Virus record (IMG/VR): IMGVR_UViG_3300006931_000029
Coordinates: 93,124-157,123 of that record
Length of the DNA: 64,000 bases
Source of the DNA: a virus
Strand: one strand, 5' to 3'
The position numbers were made by a program, and so were the translations under genes. This document shows, piece after piece, positions 62,315 through 64,000 of the stretch. The number at the start of each line of letters is the position of its first letter. The stretch's first letter is position 1. The notes beneath the pieces are model-generated. The model saw nothing but the letters and a program-made list of their open reading frames with translations, was not told the origin of the DNA and did not search any database.

Positions 62315-62772
62315 TCAGTCTTTGTTTGGATCGTGGCGTGAGGAAAGGCAGGTGTTATTTTCTGGAGAATGTTGACAGCTTTTTTGCCATCTGTTTCGCC
62401 ACCTTTGAGTTCCTCGATGTGAACGTAGTCGGTCTTCGTGTTGAGCTTGTTGAATCCGAATTCCAACATGAGCAAGTGAACGGCGGCAAGCGATGGAAGT
62501 GGGCGATCCACGCTTCTCACATCTTCAATCGAAACCGAGATGTGCCGAACCCAGTCGATTGGATGGTTTTGGCGTTCGATAGAAAACGTCACCATGTAAC
62601 CCATCGGAATCATGATCGTCCTGTTAGGATCATCACCGACAGGCTTGAGCCGACCGTGTTTGTCGTTGACGCGAGCAATCATCTCCTCTAGACCGATAGG
62701 ATTTTCGTACGCGTAACGAATGACCTTTCCTATGGCCTCTCTGACGGAATTGTCGATGACTATTGGTCGCAT
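62311..62772 (-). CDS. hypothetical protein
   Basis: 153-aa ORF, coupled. Confidence 0.4.
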   Translation of the reverse strand: MRPIVIDNSVREAIGKVIRYAYENPIGLEEMIARVNDKHGRLKPVGDDPNRTIMIPMGYMVTFSIERQNHPIDWVRHISVSIEDVRSVDRPLPSLAAVHLLMLEFGFNKLNTKTDYVHIEELKGGETDGKKAVNILQKITPAFPHATIQTKTE

Positions 62773-62972
62773 AGGCGTTTCAGTTTTTCAGGTGCTTCCG
62801 GCTGTTGAACAAGAACGGTAACCGTGACCAGCCTGCATGTCCGGGCGTAGTCTTTGTGGCGGTATTTTGAATCTGTCTTGGTTAAAGCGTCGAACGCATC
62901 TCCTTCCTTGCTACGGATGGTGGACGGCAGCAACTTACCTTTCGGCGTGGTGTAGGCAAAATAGGTGCTCAT
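62760..62972 (-). CDS. hypothetical small protein
   Basis: 70-aa ORF. Confidence 0.35.
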   Translation of the reverse strand: MSTYFAYTTPKGKLLPSTIRSKEGDAFDALTKTDSKYRHKDYARTCRLVTVTVLVQQPEAPEKLKRLCDQ

Positions 62973-63241
62973 ATTCCGGCTCCCATGTTGTCGATAGCAG
63001 TTTGAGTTAAACGTTCTTGCCGACTCGGCAAGTTGAAGAGATATTGGGCCAACAGTCCAGGATTATGTTCGTTGCCGTTACCCTTCACCCGATAGATGGA
63101 GCTAGGCCATAATTTGCCTTGCTTCACCTTGTCCTGGAGCTCGTCCAAAGAGGAACACTCACAGACAACCAGGCAATTACTCAGCGCGCGTCTGGGTTGA
63201 CCGAATTTGTCGTAGAGCTGTTTTCTATCGACAGGCATCAC
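62969..63241 (-). CDS. hypothetical small protein
   Basis: 90-aa ORF. Confidence 0.35.
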   Translation of the reverse strand: MMPVDRKQLYDKFGQPRRALSNCLVVCECSSLDELQDKVKQGKLWPSSIYRVKGNGNEHNPGLLAQYLFNLPSRQERLTQTAIDNMGAGI

Positions 63242-63780
63242 CGTTTTTCGGTCGTGGTAGTGATGACGCCGATGAGCGTGTTCATCTCCTCTGCTTCCTT
63301 CAACTTAGCATCGCGCTTGTTCTTGATCGACGTGCAGTCAACAGGCAGGCGGTAGCGCTTGAAGAATTGTTTGACCCGCTGGACATTAGCGGCCATCTTG
63401 GCAGGTTCCTGCGCTTCACGAAGAGAACCGGGCTTGTCTGAAATCGGCCAAGAGATTGTGAACAAGAGTTTGTTGTCGTCCGCCTGAATGGTCACGCTCA
63501 ACGAGTCGAGCTCTGAATTGATGATTCCGTGGTTTCCTTCGAGGCCGAAACATTCGCCAAGACTCCATGATTGCACCGGATGACGGAATTCACCAGAGAC
63601 GCAGATGTGGTTCACGCTGTCGATCTCAACCTTGCATCCCATTTTTCCAACCTTCTTGAAGCCAAGATGGATGCGCTCAGAACGAGCTTCGTCTTCGAGC
63701 GCTAGAATTCGAGCGCTGCGAAAGGTGATCTCTCGACGCAATCGTAGTTGTTCGCGATAGGGTGTCTCTTTGGTTTTCAT
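63238..63780 (-). CDS. hypothetical protein
   Basis: 180-aa ORF. Confidence 0.4.
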   Translation of the reverse strand: MKTKETPYREQLRLRREITFRSARILALEDEARSERIHLGFKKVGKMGCKVEIDSVNHICVSGEFRHPVQSWSLGECFGLEGNHGIINSELDSLSVTIQADDNKLLFTISWPISDKPGSLREAQEPAKMAANVQRVKQFFKRYRLPVDCTSIKNKRDAKLKEAEEMNTLIGVITTTTEKR

Positions 63781-64000
63781 GGCTGGAGCCGTTTGCGGAT
63801 GTTCTCGATCTCTGGGTGAATGGCTTTAGCGTGGGTGATCTGTTCGAGGATCAACGGCCAACGACCGCGGTAGTCTTCGATCACGCTATCGTAGACACCG
63901 TGCTTGTCAGTGAAGTCCAGCACGTATTCGGTCTTGAACGGAACGCCGATGTACTCTTGCCCGCTCCTCCACGTTGGGTCGATAACGTAGCCGTTAAGAT
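63777..64000 (-). CDS. hypothetical protein, 5'-partial at window edge
   Basis: open minus-strand frame running to the window end. Confidence 0.3.
   Translation of the reverse strand, partial: LNGYVIDPTWRSGQEYIGVPFKTEYVLDFTDKHGVYDSVIEDYRGRWPLILEQITHAKAIHPEIENIRKRLQP

Noticed and set aside
1-64000. CRISPR arrays
   Set aside because: All periodic repeats found (collagen GxQ, Gly-rich, RD-rich) are protein-coding with 9-nt or irregular periodicity and no spacer/repeat structure.
1-64000. Giant-virus (eukaryotic virus) origin suggested by PTH2, Fpg/Nei, collagen, P4H, DSP phosphatase and GT2
   Set aside because: Gene organisation is prokaryotic (overlapping stop/start codons, SD sequences, hairpin+T9 terminator, HU/IHF, sigma-70-like, flotillin/NfeD, terminase large subunit), so a large tailed bacteriophage is the better fit.

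Overview
This window reads as a 64 kb stretch of a large tailed dsDNA bacteriophage-like genome (GC about 55%). Genes are densely packed in operon-like blocks, with short or overlapping junctions (ATGA, CATG), Shine-Dalgarno-like sites, at least one strong rho-independent terminator, and bacterial-type genes (HU/IHF, sigma-70-like, flotillin/NfeD). Recognisable modules: (i) replication and repair (RecA/UvsX-like ATPase, DnaB-like helicase, family A DNA polymerase with 3'-5' exonuclease, Fpg/Nei glycosylase); (ii) a candidate phage sigma-like factor plus a recurring TTTTTGTTTACA promoter-like motif upstream of at least 12 genes; (iii) packaging and structure (terminase large-subunit-like, AAA+ ATPase, two collagen-like GxQ fibre proteins, three tandem Gly-rich paralogs, large structural proteins); (iv) a translation-related island around 39.4-41.3 kb holding a canonical amber-suppressor tRNA (anticodon CUA), two degenerate tRNA-like elements, a PTH2 peptidyl-tRNA hydrolase, and two adjacent genes that each begin with an almost identical ATG-AAA-NCN-GAA-AAC-TAG leader in frame with the downstream ORF; (v) accessory genes (flotillin+NfeD pair, four different phosphatase families, glycosyltransferases, stand-alone receiver domain, PLP enzyme, LysM protein). 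The most interesting candidate system is the suppressor-tRNA plus in-frame-TAG leader plus PTH2 island, which looks like an amber-gated translational control module. No sequence search or RNA-folding tool was run; every call rests on motifs read by eye from the sequence and the supplied ORF track. Other points of note include a family of small acidic proteins sharing an N-terminal (L/V)VExMLSE(D/A)-like motif and a roughly 300-aa RD/RS/RGG-rich tail on a Zn-ribbon protein.
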